Assembly (NCBI RefSeq): GCF_001194135.2
Contig: NC_068981.1
Location: forward strand, 174,976,014 to 175,040,013
Length of the DNA stretch: 64,000 nt
Reading direction: 5' to 3'
Origin: Octopus bimaculoides
Taxonomy: Eukaryota
The first letter of the stretch is position 1. Each line of letters opens with the position of its first letter. The position numbers and the translations under genes were made by a program. The notes under the pieces were generated by a model, which worked only from the letters and a program-made list of their open reading frames with translations, did no database searches and was not told the DNA's origin. Shown here piece by piece: positions 38,224-53,313 of this stretch.

Positions 38224-39639
38224 TGGTTTTCGTTAAAATGAAAACATCGATTAGGTAATATCTATTTCTGTTAGTCATTAACAATATTATCTAGCGTATT
38301 TGTTTCAATCACCATCTTTGTTTGAATCGGCATGCTCCATTGCAAAACACCCATACCTCTTTCATGTCAGCCGATAGACTCAATATATTCATACAAAGGA
38401 AACTAAATTCTGTTGTTGCTACTCCATTCTACTCGCTGCTCTTTGTTAACTCATCTTCATTTCTATATTCAGAAACAGCTTTTGATTATGTTTTGTATAT
38501 ATTTGTTTTATTACTGACAAGGTATATCGTATACGATTTAGAAATTTAGAATAGTTTTCGATACTAATAGACTCTACCTTCCTTATGTTCTTAACAAATA
38601 AAATCATTCTATTTTGGATGCTGAGTTTATTCTAAATGCCTTGTTATATTTAGTCTTACTATCTCAGTCAGTCTGTAGGTAAAAAATATAATCATAAAAT
38701 AATTCGGGAATATGTGTATAGATACGTCTTACCTTATTTAGACATTTGACTCACATTTAAGTATCAATATATTACCAATATATGTTTCTAATATTTTATT
38801 CAAATCGAGTATTACACACTGCTTAAGTCTTATTTTATCATATTTTTTCTTGTATCGTCGTAAAATATATAACCAAGGGGACAACTTTCAATTAGTGTAG
38901 ATAAAAGTTTGTCCAGGAAAAGCTCTTACATGTCGAATGCCTAATACGCTAGAAATTTGACTAATATTATGAAAGGAGATCGTTCACGTAAACACCACAA
39001 CATTCTCGGACATGACACAGTAGCAACATTGTGGCACATACTAAGTTCTACAGGAGATTAAGACAAAACATCTAGATTTTATTTCTAAAGACTGTCAAAA
39101 AAGGAATTCCTTCAAATCAATGTATACCTTGCAACAAGCCACAATGGAGAAACTATCAACATATAAAGATATGAAAATAGAGGTAAGCAGAATATTACAA
39201 TAACTTTTATTATACGTGCATTGGCAGTAATAAATACAGATGTATACGAATGCATGACGAAAACAGCAGCACTAATACATATACAAATCGTACAGAAATT
39301 GGCTAAGTAGGCACTGAACACATCATATATATATTACTTGCAATACTTAAGAAAATACAAACACAAAGCTCACATATTTGGGTGTCATGCAATGAAATCA
39401 CGAAATAATATAACTACTGAAATAATGTAATGATTTCTGATTTAAGTGTAACGCAAGCAATTTTGACGGAAAGGAGTAGTCAATGCAATCACCCCCAATG
39501 ACTGACTGGTACTTTATTTTATTGATCAGAGAAAGATAAAAAACAAAGTTCATCTTGGCAGTATTTGATCTCGAAATTTATAAGGCTTGTAGAGGCACCG
39601 ATTTTGCCGGAATGTCACCCTGGCTTAAGAAGTAATAAT

Positions 39640-39853
39640 TCTTTCTACTAAAGTTAGAAGGCCTGAAATATTGGGGGAGGGAGCTAGTCGATTATATCAA
39701 CTCCAGTGCTTGACTGGTACTTATTTCATTGACCCTGAAAGGATGAAACGCAAAGTCGAGCAAGGCGAAATTTGAACCCAGAGCCTAAAGACGGACGAAA
39801 TATCTCTAACCATTTCGCCCTGCGAGCTCACGATTCTGCCAGCTCACCACCCT
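39640..39853 (-). mobile_element. SINE family A
   Basis: full body and head on minus. Confidence 0.8.
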
Positions 39854-39877
39854 AGTTAAGAAGTAATAACAATAATC

Positions 39878-40437
39878 ATTTCTAATATAGGTACAAAGCC
39901 TGGAATTTGATGGGAGGGCTTTAGTCGATTACATCGACCCCAGTACTCAAATGGTATTTATTTTATCATAGGTGCAGGAGTAGTTGTGTGGTAAGAATCT
40001 TGCTTATCAACCAAATGGTTCCGGGCTCAGTCCCACTGCGTGGCACCTTGAGCAAGTGTCTTTTACTTTAGCCTCGGGCCGACCGGAGTCTTGTGAGTGG
40101 ATTTGGTAGATGGAAACTGAAAGAAACCCGTCGTATATATGTATATATATATATGTATGTGTGTATGTTTGTGTGTCTGTGTTTGTTCCCCTAGCATTGC
40201 TTGACAACTAGGCTTACAAGGAATAAGTCCCGGGGGCGATTTGCTCGACTAAAGGCGGTGCTCCAGCATGGCCGCAGTCAAATGAGTGAAACAAGTAAAA
40301 AAGTAAAGAGAGTAACCCCTTAAAGATGAAAGGCGAAGTCGACGTCGGCGAAATTTGAACTCAGAACGTGAAGATGGAGTAAATGCCGCTAAGCATTTTG
40401 CCCGGCTTGCTAACCATATTGCCAGCTCACCGCCTTA
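39878..40437 (-). mobile_element. SINE family A copy split by a family B insertion
   Basis: 3' half at 39878-39968, 5' half at 40316-40437. Confidence 0.75.
39972..40312 (+). mobile_element. SINE family B
   Basis: GGTGCAGGAGTAGTTGTGTGGTAAG head, CCTTGAGCAAGTGTCTT, tail (AAAGAGT)-like. Confidence 0.85.
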
Positions 40438-41900
40438 GAAGTATTTATACTAATTATTTGAAACACATGCAAAGTGTCATATATTTTAACAGAAGTGTGT
40501 AGACGGTGGATTTTCCTCCAGTACTTGACTGGCACTGCATTAACCCTAAGAGGGTGAAGGCTAAATTAGACCTCTGTTCGCTTGGACTATAATAAAAAAA
40601 GATCATGTTATATTTAGGGATGGTCATATTTTCGCCAATTATCCTCACGGCCTATATATTTGGTCTTCACTTCAGGTTTATCAGTATTCATATTTTAGTG
40701 TATTTTATCTGAAATCGTTTTTCACACATCCTCTGACCACTTCAACGACTCTCTGTCTCACGTGTCTCTTGTTCTGTTTAGTGACGATATCAATGATGAT
40801 GTGTTTAATGATATAGATAATGATTTCTTAGATATTATGCCACATATATTGGAAATAATTTATTCGATATGATTGACTCCAGAACATGACTCGTAATTAC
40901 TTTACCAAAAGTTAGAATCATTTTAAGTTATTCGGTCAAGTACTGAGCATCTCTGAATAGAGAAAATACCTTAGTCTAATAACCATTTCTGCATTAATAT
41001 TAAAATAGTGTTATAACATCCACAACTTTCTAGGCTTTTAACAACCATCCCAACAAGTAATTTCATGTTTGTTTATCTATCTTCATTTTATTTTAAATGG
41101 TTAACAGTAAAAGTTTGAGACTCTTTATTTGTGAAACTAATTAACATCAGCAGAGATCTTCCCATTAAATTGTATTTTAAGGTTTCCTAGAAATTGGTAT
41201 GTTGGCGAGTCATTAACTACTAATGAGAATATTCGAACTATAGAAAGATCTCATTTATATTCTTGCTAATTAATTATTTCAAAAAACAGAAATAGTAAAA
41301 AAATTTGATAGTCCATTGAGTCGATTCAAGTTTGCTATTATTGATTTCTTTATCAGCCTGCAATTAAAGAAAAAGCAAGGATCTGAAATGTATACCCTCA
41401 GGACTAAAGTATAAATGAGCTACCATAAATATGAGGTCATTCAGTGCAGCACTCCCTCGCAAAGTTCTATCACTTTAGCGCATAATCATAATGATTTATG
41501 ATATTACGTGGCAGACGAGAAAGTTAATATCTTGCATTCACACGCTTGTCAAAATTAATATATAGCGTGTAGTAGGTTCCCTTCAAATGAATATTCAGTA
41601 ATGCCCATTCCATGAGTTTCTCTATCACTCCTTCCCCCTCTCTCTCTCTTTCTATCTACCCTCTCTCACTCTCCTTCTTCTCTTACTCTCCCTCTTCTCT
41701 CACACTCCCTCTTCTCTCACACTCCCTCTTCTCTCACTCCTCCTCTCTCCCCACGGCTGTAATATCCTACTAATTCTCTAATTGTAGGTGTTTTCACGAT
41801 ATGCCTTAATAACGCAACCATCAGCATAAGAATTTCTTAATATCCATGTCTATGCCTATATACATATGTAAATATATGTGTGTGTAAGAAACAATTTATA

Positions 41901-41937
<37 letters not shown>

Positions 41938-42262
41938 TACACACACACACACACACACACACACNNNNNNNNNNNNNNNNNNNNNNNNNNNNNNNNNNNN
42001 NNNNNNNNNNNNNNNNNNNNNNNNNNNNNNNNNNNNNNNNNNNNNNNNNNNNNNNNNNNNNNNNNNNNNNNNNNNNNNNNNNNNNNNNNNNNNNNNNNNN
42101 NNNNNNNNNNNNNNNNNNNNNNNNNNNNNNNNNNNNNNNNNNNNNNNNNNNNNNNNNNNNNNNNNNNNNNNNNNNNNNNNNNNNNNNNNNNNNNNNNNNN
42201 NNNNNNNNNNNNNNNNNNNNNNNNNNNNNNNNNNNNNNNNNNNNNNNNNNNNNNNNNNNNNN

Positions 42263-42310
<48 letters not shown>

Positions 42311-42444
42311 TGCGTCGCGCATTATTAGACAAATCGACTTCCTCTCATCAATAAATAAATGTATATTCGTTCAAAACCAGTTCTTTACCCTACTGACTGT
42401 TGGCAACGCCTATCTGCGTATATTCTATTAAAATAAATCGGATC

Positions 42445-43725
42445 TGTGCAGGCGCCAGAAAACAGCGGCCATTTTAGTGATTGGCAACATTTTCAACGTC
42501 ACAAATTATTAGACAAGTATAATAAAAATGATAATTGTGTCAGAAAAACATTTCTTAATTCAATAGTAAAGGTTTAACAAAAAACTATTCATAAAGAACT
42601 TAATGGTAAACATAATAATACGTTCGAATGAAAATAATCATGGGACTATGATGTCATACAGCTCCTAATGTTCCATGTATGATCCTCCACATCGAGCTCG
42701 TCCATTGAATTTTCAAGGTGATGATATCCTCTTGTGTCACGCTTTGAGCAGCGTCTACAATAGCATCACAGAGGGCAACTTTACTTGAAAACTGCCGTCC
42801 ATCTTTGTAAACGCGCCTCTTCAGGACACTCCACAGGTTCTTGATCGGGTTTAAGTCAGGGGAACAAGGTGGTCACTCCATCAAACAACCTCCGAGAATC
42901 GTATTTGCCGCAGGTATCCTTTAGAATTCTTCGCTGCATGAGATAGGACAGTATCTTGCATCAAGATCAGGTTTCTCTTGAACGAAAGGTTTTGCTTTTT
43001 GAACCTCCTTTGGAAATTGTCCTTTAATAAGGTAACAAATGTTTTCGACGTCATCTTAATGCCATCTGGGACTTTCCATGACCCGACCATCATACCACCA
43101 ACGATGCTAGCTCAAAACATGACCTCGCCTGTTGGCGTTTCAAACGATGAGGACGGTTCCCGCTGATTGATATTCAAACTTTACTCCAGCCATCTGGTCC
43201 ATCGAGGGTAGCACAGCATTTGTCAGTGAACAGAACTGCTGAAAAAGCTATCTTCATGTATTCTTCTGCCCATTTCAGTCTCTTCTGCTTATGAACAACC
43301 TTCAGAGGGGGCCTTGTAACAGGTTTAACATTCTTGGGTACCGGCTTCAAGAGGCGACACCTGTTAGTTTTCCCTGCCACAACATTTGAAAACTTCTTGT
43401 CAGACATGGGTTCCGCACAACTTCTCTTTTCACACGTGACAATGTATGATTCAAAGCAACACTCGACTTAACCTAATCTGCCCTTGACTGGACAGACATA
43501 AAAGACTGCACAGATTTCTTCACTGTTCGGTGATTTCATACCAGTATTTTTTTATATTTCTATGGTTGTTTTTCCTTTTTCAAGCTCATACACGATTGTA
43601 GATTTACTTCTCATTCGAAGTAAGATCACGTTTCTGACCCATAATGACACTTAAATTGGGCACCAGCCTAATAATTTTGGACAGCAGAAATGTCGTTGTT
43701 TGTTAATGGCCGCCGTTTGTCTTTG
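42445..43725 (-). mobile_element. Inactive Tc1-family transposon
   Basis: RPPLKVVHKQKRLKWAEEYM..VLFTD(K)CCATLDGPDGW, MQD, LME*PPCSPDLNPI(K)NLWSVLKRRVY; degenerate inverted ends sharing AAATTATTAG and AAAC(A/G)GCGGCCATT. Confidence 0.88.
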
Positions 43726-44749
43726 TGTGCCCCCCACAAGCATACACATACATACATGTATATACATACATACGTAAATACATACATACATACATACATA
43801 CATACATACAGACAGACATAGGGTAAACATTAATAATTAATTAATAATTAGTAAATTCACCAAGTAGTTCGGTGTGTTAAAACCATTATTGGTCAATTCT
43901 GCGATTAATCAAAGCCGGGTGGATTCGTTATTTTTTTCTCTTTTGCCTCTGCATTTTGCGAGTATTGCCGTTTTGGAGTCGTATTTTGGTAGAGAAATAG
44001 TAGTTTTGGCTGCTATTTCGGTGCTAAATTTTAATTATGTAAATATATATATATATATCTTACACTTTAATTCATAATTCTGAATGCTCCTCTGATATTT
44101 TCTGAAATTCTAAAAGAACAAAACAAATATTGCTTCAAAAAATCTCTCGTTAATCCATTCTCAAAATTACACGATCTTTTTATCGCTCCGTTAGTTTAAC
44201 TGTATGTTCACACCATTATTTTAAAACTCATCTATGTTAAGAATGTCTTAGGCTAAATTATCTCATCTCAGGTGCAAGCAATCCTTTAAATTTTAAGCAC
44301 CCCTAGCTTTACTCGCCTCTTTTACGCAGCCCTTTCTTTCTAAGTATGTTTAGAGTTTCGAGCCAGATGTTTAACACAGCTGTCAGTACTTTCTCTCTCT
44401 CATAACATATATCCGAATCGCGCCACTCAATGTGTTTTGGAAGTAGTTTGCATAATGTTGAGTTATTTACAAATACCTTTACTTAATCCCCTTTGCAGTA
44501 TTTGTCTATAGTTAATCTACTCTCCATCTTTGCTTCTAAGTAGGTACCTTAAAATAGCTTCTTTTTTATATTGTTTAGTTCTTAATTTACCTCACCTGAT
44601 TTTAAGGATTTTTTTTTTTTGTGGATTCCTTATTAAACATTACCTAAGACGAATTAACAAAGAAGCCTTTCCATTGTCGTTCGACCTGCTCGAAGTATCA
44701 CCTTCTCGCCAAAAAAAAAAGAAGGAAAAATGAATGTAGTTCAAGGTAT

Positions 44750-45012
44750 AAATAAATAAAATAAATGCGCCCTTTTAAAGCCTAGCCAAGCTCATGGGCC
44801 CGGTTTCCCGATTTCTACGGCGTATGTGTTCCCCCCAGCTGGACGGGACACCAGTCCAGCGCAGCGTTACTCATTTTTGCCAGCTGAGTGGACAGGAGCA
44901 ACGTGAAATGAAGTGTTTTGCTCAAGAACACAACGCGTCGCCTGGTCCAGGAATAGAAACCACAATCTTACGATTATGATACTGACATCCTAACCACTAA
45001 GTCACGTGCCTC
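44750..45012 (-). mobile_element. SINE family C variant
   Basis: minus: TGACTTAGTGG A box, TTCTTGAGCAAAACACTTCATTTCACGTTGCTCC, distinct 3' half ending in ATTT repeats. Confidence 0.8.
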
Positions 45013-45194
45013 GACAGTTCAAGATATGCTTATACCTAAAGGCAACAGGATGATTATTGTCAGAATTGTATTTGATAAAAGCCATGATAGATAAAATTTG
45101 ACATGAAATTAAATGAAAACAGTCTTAGCTAAGTATATTTTAACTGCAACTTCTAGGAAGAGAATTTCAAAAGTTTCCTTGAAAATTAATCACT

Positions 45195-45358
45195 TCCCCT
45201 TAAATTAGCGGTTCGGCAAAAGAGACCGATATGATAAATAAGTAACAGGCTGTAAAATATAAATATTGGGGTTAATTCGTTCAGCTAAAATTCTTCAAGG
45301 CGGTCTCCTAGCATGGCCACAGTCTAAGTGACTGAAACAAATAAAAGCTAAAAGATAA
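45195..45358 (+). mobile_element. SINE family B 3' half
   Basis: TTAGCGGTTCGGCAAAAGAGACCG..AAGGCGGT..AGCATGGCC..GACTGAAACAA. Confidence 0.75.
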
Positions 45359-46579
45359 ATTCCCATTTTGCAAAACAGTACCACAGCCGACGCCGCCAGC
45401 TTTCTCAAACCACCTCAAACTCTATATCTTTGCCTCTCCAAACAATGTTTTCGTGCCAGCAGCTTATCTGGTAATTTTACCCCTTCAGTTATTTACCCAA
45501 AATTTTATGGACATTTTCCTCTAACTATCTATTTCTATCTCTGCGCTCCCCGTAGGTCGTGCCTATCCTGCAAAATACTTTTACGTCCTGACGCTTCTCT
45601 CACTCTTACCTCTTTATCTCACTCTGTATCTTTGTATTTCTTATATTTGTTCACGCAAACACTCTCTGCTTCCTTCTCTTCTTTTATGTCGTTATTTTTT
45701 TTTTCTTTGCGCTGAAAACATAGCACAAAATCTTTTACACTATGCTACTAACAATAAGAAATTCCTTGCTCGAGACACTCAACGCTGCAATAAACTCAGA
45801 AAATATTGAAATAAAATATTATCTGCACGAAATTGCCAGATCTCGTTCTTGCTCTTGCTTTCTTCTTAATGACCTCATGAAGTGATGATGAAGCGAGCTA
45901 TTTATCTCCGCTCAAATAAAATATCACTCTCACTGACCCCTTACCACACCTTATTCCAGGACGATGCTAGCGATGACAAATGAATAGTGTGGCTAACTCC
46001 ACTACCGAGATGTGTTGTAGTGCTACAGTGAATATAAAATTAGGAGCCAATAATAAAAGATTAATGTTTGAAGAGATTAATTTTCTTTTCCTCTATTTAA
46101 AACTTGTTTACATTGATATATTAGGATTGCACAGCGCGTTAAAATAACAGTCGAAGAGAAGATTATAATGACTATATGTTGCTCATTTTGTATGCATTTC
46201 CATTAGAATATGAGTTGTTGGAGTTAACATTAAATACTCAAGAAGTAATGACAGAACCAGTAGAGAGGACAAGAGGCTGTTACTGTTTTTAGCCTCGATC
46301 CTTTACGTTCTGATTTTGAAAACAAGTTCAACTTTGTCTCTCATATCCGGTGCTGATACAAGCAAGATTAAGAACTGGTAGCGATTTATGGAATACAAAT
46401 GGAAGCTTTTTCCCTTGCATACTCTATAACCGGCCTCAGAAAGGTATACGCATATCTATTTTAGAAATACATAGAAAATCATAAGTGACTATATTTCCTT
46501 GTACATGTCAGTCTGTGTGTGTGTGGGGGGGGGGGTATGAGAGAGAGAGAGATAGACTATATATTAGAACGAGCTTCTA

Positions 46580-46720
46580 AGAGAATGTGGTGTTAGTCGA
46601 TATCATTGACCCAGCATTTGGCTAGTACCTTATTTTATCGCCCGAAAAAGGATAAAAGATAAAGTTGATGGCATTTAATTCAGAACGTAAGAGGACAAAT
46701 AAATTAACACAAATTATTCT
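46580..46720 (-). mobile_element. SINE family A fragment
   Basis: degenerate body motifs. Confidence 0.6.
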
Positions 46721-49577
46721 ATCTGATGCTCAAACAAGTTTTCCAATCCACTTCACTATTCTTGTATACTAATACACGCATTCCTATATTGTGAAAATCG
46801 TATATTTATACATTCATTTATACATGAACATATGAATATATATATATGTGTGTGTTTATGTGTGTGTGTATGTTCATGTCTATATTTTGTTATATGCATG
46901 GTTATATTGATATAGAGCGGTCAATAGAGTTACTAGGTTTTTGATTGATTAGTTTTAAATGTAGTATATCGGTGCACTTGATGATGTAGTAAAGAACATT
47001 TCGAAAAAATATAATGAACAAAATGTGAAGAAAAATACTGATACACACATACAAGATATCTATCGAGGAAATGATTGGATGTCGAAAAAGAGAAAACGAA
47101 AAAGTAAACGTTTTAAAACTAAAGATAAAAGTTCTCTGACCATGTCTGTGTGTTTTAATACTGTGCAGTTCGAAATCGAGCCATATAATTTTTGAGGGGT
47201 TGGTGTCATCTACTATAGCTCTTGGTTAACCCTGTGAGTGCAAATTAACTGAGGAAAATCGTGCAGAAGCCTGATGTAACTATCTTTCTATCTCTCCTTT
47301 TATCACTCTGTCGTTTTATGTATGTGTGTGTATGCGTCCAAATGTGTTGTGCATGTGCTTCCGTTTATACCTAGTCATGTAAAAGCCGGTGCTGTGTTAA
47401 AAGCAGTTATTCCAAAGGTGGTGCTCCAGCATGACTGCAGCTGCATGGCTGAAATGAATAAAATAATTCGATAATATATAAACCGATATAATAAGAACCA
47501 GCCTGAGCGAGGTACAATGATTAGATATGATCAACTTTGAAGAATGGTGTCTAATCATCGTGAAAGTCCAAATATTTGAACAAGTAAAAAAAAAACATCG
47601 ATAGATAGGCTCCTTAAGTTGAACATAAGCGATTGCACTTAAAATGAATTTACACCATTCTTTTGAGCAACAACGTTTGGTCAACAGATATAATAATAGC
47701 ATTCATTAGCGGAATGTAAGACTAAATAGATATACAGTCTTAATAAACATGTATTCTTTATTTTCTGAGAGTTTTGTTGCACATAATGCTAAACTAATCG
47801 TCGATCTGCCTATCGCTAAAGAGTTAGTCTATCAGAGTTGAACGACTTCTAAAATTTATCCAGGGTTATAACTTAACGTATCACTGGGCGAGTGATTTGT
47901 TAATTTACAGCCAGTTTTTCGCAGCTAATGTTTACCTTAAAAACATACTTGAAGCTAGGTGGATTCGGCTGTTGAGTGTTGAGATTTCTCTGACTCACAT
48001 GCCATGAACTCTGGTGAAATCAAAGATCATTATTGTCTTTCACACTTTTCTTTCTACATCTTAAATACCTACTTGTTATCACTTATTTCACTATTTTTTT
48101 TTCGCAGATAATAATTTTCTTCACTCTTTCTTAAGAGTAACAAAGAGTGAAAGTGTCATCTACCCTCAGACATTGACAGAATCTGAGGGGAAATTTTGAG
48201 AGCATTTTTCAATGTATATATCGCAATATTGCTGGTTTGAACAGTTCAAAATCTCAAGCTTTAATGCTGTGAAAATAAATTTTGTACCTCAAAATTTTTC
48301 ATGAATAACGAGCGAATAAAACTTCCAAAGTCACGACTAATACAAGTCCTCACAATTATTGATGATCTCTCTTGGTTCTCCATATTGATATGATATTTTC
48401 AATATTATTACTGAAACTGCATTGCAAATGTAAAGATTTCTCTTAAGCGATAAAAACTTATAAATCCTGCTCACACTTCATAAGGATGAAGTAAGTCTTG
48501 TACCAAAACTGCTAGCATCTAAGATGCCGTGCTACTGCATAGCTTAGTTAATGCCTAGATTATATCCTAAAAGAATGTCATATGGTTGGTTGGTGATTAA
48601 TCGGTTACCAACATGCTTCAACCAGTAAGTGATTAATGTGGTGTTCTTTGTATCTTCCTCTATTATCGAGACTTCAAGACACCGAACTTGTCAGCTTTTG
48701 TGCTATGCACCCAAAGCCATTACTCAGAAGGTCACACTTATTGTATGTCTTTCAAGACACCACGCAAACGACATTGCTACAGAACGTCAGCACTCTAGAA
48801 TATTCCCTGAGTCTATTTTACCAGACACAGACCAACAGGCATGGCAACCATAATCTTACTCTCACGAATTATCTGTTAATAACATGAGCATCAGCAGATC
48901 ATCTTATATATATATAAAAAAGAGAAAATTACAAGGATCATCATTACTACGATTGCTGATTGTAGCTATCACCATCATCCTCACCACGATAACTGTCACT
49001 ATCAATACGGGCATTCAACATCACAAATGACATCGTAACTGTGATTACAACCATCACCCAACACAGCTAACACCATCGGAACCATCAATTCCCTAGATTC
49101 GCCACCATTAAAACCATAATCTTATCACCCCACCAATGTATCACTACTATAATCTCCACCAGTGTCACAACTACATACAACATCTTAACTAACAACATCA
49201 ACATTACAACCTCTCCTCTTTCATTGTTCATTTACCATATTCTTCGTTGCTTCTCAATGCTCATGTATTTTTTAACCCTCTCTGTCTTGTAACTTCCCCC
49301 TTTATTATCTATTCATCTCACTGCCTCCCTCCCCACACTCTCTTCCTATGTATGTATGTATGTATGTATGTATGTATGTATGTATGTAGCTACTTTCTAT
49401 CTTTCTCTTCCATATTAACCTGTACAGTGTTTCCTTTAGTTCCCCTCATACATTTTCAGACGGTCACTGTAATCATACAGTTTTGTTTTTCAATCCATTA
49501 TCTCTTTCCACTCAAGCATATTCTCTCTCCGTCTTTCTCTCTCCCTCTACCACGCACTCAGCATTTCTGCCATGTTG

Positions 49578-49795
49578 TTTCGAGTCTACAAGGGAGGCTC
49601 TTCACAGTTATACGACCTGCTAGAAATTTCCATTAAATCACAACCTACCATCATGCAAAGAGGAAAGGACAACATTGACAAATGTTGACATGGGTGCAGT
49701 GTGCTATGGAAAAAGACCGGATGGCCACAACTGGAACGCTTTGGATCATAGGTCTGCTCGTTCAGGGCTGACCTCCAACAACACAAAAATAACAA
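49578..49795 (-). mobile_element. Repeat family D
   Basis: reverse complement of the 9030 motif (TTTGGATCATAGGTCTGCTCG..GGGCTGACC). Confidence 0.6.
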
Positions 49796-50039
49796 AAACA
49801 AAAGCTTCACTACTAAATCTGTGCAACCCTCCTCTTTCTCTCTGTCCCTACTCTTCTTCTCGCTATCTCCCTCTTCTTCCTCTGTCTTCCTCTTCTCTCT
49901 TCGTCTTTCCCTTTTCTTACTGTCTCTCTCTCTCTCTCTCTTTTATATCTCTTCTTTTACGTCTCTCCTTTCCCTTTAACAGTTAATAGCTGGTTTTCTT
50001 CACTCTTATCGACCGACCGACCTTTCATCTACATATCTG

Positions 50040-50085
<46 letters not shown>

Positions 50086-50379
50086 GATCGATCGATCTAT
50101 CTATCTATCCTCTTTCTCTCCTTTTTTCTTTTACCACATTCACCGTTTTTTTTTTCTTTCTTCGTCTTTTATTAATAACACGAAACGTTGAACGACTGAT
50201 GGGATTCTAATTGGAAACCTGTTCATGTGCAGAAACGCTGCATCATAATGTATTCGCTGTCACACGTTTTTGAGCTTCCTATGTCACTTACGTGTTGTTA
50301 TTGTTATTGTTATTGTTTTTATTTGTATTGTTTTTATCTTATGTACAACCAATATTTATCTATCTTCTCTTCAATGTAG

Positions 50380-50453
<74 letters not shown>

Positions 50454-51355
50454 CATTATTATTATTACTGCTTTATGTGTTTTTGCTGTTTGTTAGCTAA
50501 AGTAATAAACGGTCTGGTATCAGCAAAGAATACTACCATTTCGAGTCCGAAAATGTGATACGATGATCTGAGTGCATAAGAATATGTCGCCATCCAGTCT
50601 CCGCTACATAAAACTTTGCATAAAATCCGGCTCTTTCTAAGAAATCACGAACGCTTCTCAATTTTCTCGCATTTCCTGATATATAGTCCCAATTCATGTT
50701 TATAAATGCACTGATCCGATCATACCAGGCTCATTAATTGTTTTATGTGCTATCTCTATCCATCCTCCGCTATTCCTCACTCTTCTTACTCTCTCTGTTT
50801 CGTACCACACACTACATTATATATCACATTCACACACACATAAAAGTAAACACTATCTCCTATCTGTCCTTTTTCTCATTCTCTCTCGCTTTCTCTCCCT
50901 CTCTGTTTCTCCTTTCTCTCTTTTAATGGTTCTTTCTTTCATTTCAACGATTTCTGTTCATCTTCCTCCACGTTTTGTTTAGTTTATCAATATGCCTTTT
51001 ACACTTTCTTCTGACACTGAATCGCACACGCACCCATGAGCGCGCACACACGCATTGTCTCCCCTCGCACTCTTTCTCTCTCTCTTCCGTTCATCTCTTT
51101 CTTTTGTTACTCACCCCTATCTCACTCATCTTTTTCTCTTTCCCCTTCTGTTTCTATCTCAAACTTCCTTTATTCCGGAGAATTATACACACTCTTGTGT
51201 TTATGTTTTCTTTTCTTTCCTTCTTCTTACACTTTGACATTTGATTCTCTCAAACTTACACTACCTCTCTATATTTCATCCCCCTCTCTCTCTCGCTCAC
51301 ACGCTTTTTCACACTAAGTCTCCACTCTCCCTCCCTCCCTCCCTCNNNNNNNNNN

Positions 51356-51398
<43 letters not shown>

Positions 51399-52728
51399 CT
51401 CTATCTATCTATCTTCTACAGATATTGGATATATTGCTACAATTCTTTACGGATATTAGTACATTTTTATTTCTCTCCCCACCTTCTCTCTCTCATGTTT
51501 CTAAATATAGTTAATTATTCTTCATCCTTGCAGTATGGCTACATAAACATATATTTATCTCTGTTTCGATTTATTTGTCATTATTGAGTCATTTTCTCGA
51601 AATATGACTGTATATAGTTCTATTTATCTGGCTTACAAAGAAGTTCCGACAATCGGTATTCAGACATGCTATACCTTCTTTCCGCCATTGCTACTGCGGG
51701 TGGCCACAGTGGCTTCTGCTACTCGGTGGTGGCTAGTTTCCCGCCACATTCGTTTAAACACCCCACTGACTCGTTTCGTCGCCCATACTCTCATCATCCA
51801 TATTGTATTCAGAACTCTCTTTTCCGTAATAAACACTGCATTCGTTTCAGTTCTTTCTTACTTAGGATGTCAGTCACTGTTATTTCCTCTCTACGTACAC
51901 ATTTTTTCTCTCCCGGATTTGTATGCTACCGTTTAATCGGAAAGATGGCGCTATCAATCTCACCGTTCTAGGACGGCCTGCGAAAATCTCTTCCTCCAGT
52001 TCAATATAATATAAAAATTAATCGCTCAGCTCCTCTTTGGGAGGTTGGGTTGGGGCAGAAGCTGTGGACCAAGAGGTCTCGTAGGTTCTAGGCTCATTTT
52101 TATCTGTTTTTATCTGACAAGATGCCTCAAATGCAATACTCCATGTAATAGTGTTAAGTCACTTAGTTAATAAACCCACCAGTCATTCAGTCCTTTAAAA
52201 TATTTGTCCATGTATTTATTCAGTTAATTACTTTTAATGTTATATTTCAGAGGCGTGTTGGTGGAGGTAGTGGTGGGGTTTTAGTTATAAATAACATGAA
52301 GGGAGATAACTGGTTTATTGAGGTCTATAATTATAAAAATAATATACTAAAAAATTTAGGACCATAATTCAATCAATCAATCAATCAACTTATCAATCAG
52401 CCAATTAATTAATAAATCAATCAAGCAATCAGTGTATTGGTTTTGTAATGAGGTTGCATATCAATGTCTGCATCCATATACATACACATGCACATACAAT
52501 ACATACATACACTCATATATATATACATATATATACATACAGATATATATATATACATATACATACATACACATGCATATACCCACACACACATAAAGGT
52601 ACCAGCAGAAGACATAAACATATATATATTTACCTAAACTTACATATATGTGCGTGCATACATAAATATATATATACACAAGTGCGTGTACAAAGATACA
52701 TATATACATACCTACCTAAATATACATA

Positions 52729-52776
<48 letters not shown>

Positions 52777-53264
52777 ATGGTTTGCTAAGCGGTGCCGTGC
52801 TTTTACATTTCTGTAAATAATATTTTCATAAGTTTAAAGCTGTAAGCTATGTATATATATAGTAACTGTAGCCGCTGCTTGAATACACAAGGGTTTCCAA
52901 AGCAATTTTTCGAGCTGAATCCGAATATACCATTTGCTTTTATCAATCATGTCAGGATCTTTGTTTGCACACACCTTTGATTTATCACAAGTATTGTAGT
53001 TTTCATTGATTTTCATGTCCCGGTTTCATTTTGGAAATCTGGGCCGATGTGTGAAAAATGTTTCATTACCGCCCTCCGCTTGCATAAAGTTTCGTAAAAT
53101 TATGAATACACCTGACTTTCTGCATAGATAGTATAAATGTAGTCAGATTTCGGCGTGAAATGGGGTTGGTTTTCTTTTTTCTTTTTTTTTGCCTATGATA
53201 GAGAAAATACAAAATATGGCCTAAGGGCATTCTATTCTGCTGATACATAACCTGAAACACAACA

Positions 53265-53313
53265 ATAAGTTTAGAATTATATGCATATTATATGCATATA
53301 ATTCTAAACTTAT
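53265..53313. repeat. Perfect palindrome, 24-bp arms, 1-nt spacer
   Basis: ATAAGTTTAGAATTATATGCATAT-T-ATATGCATATAATTCTAAACTTAT. Confidence 0.9.

Noticed and set aside
51761-51800. Minus-strand ATGATGAG...GACGAAACGAGTCAGTGGGG hammerhead-like motif
   Set aside because: C3 is replaced and stems I/II do not pair; at best a decayed relic
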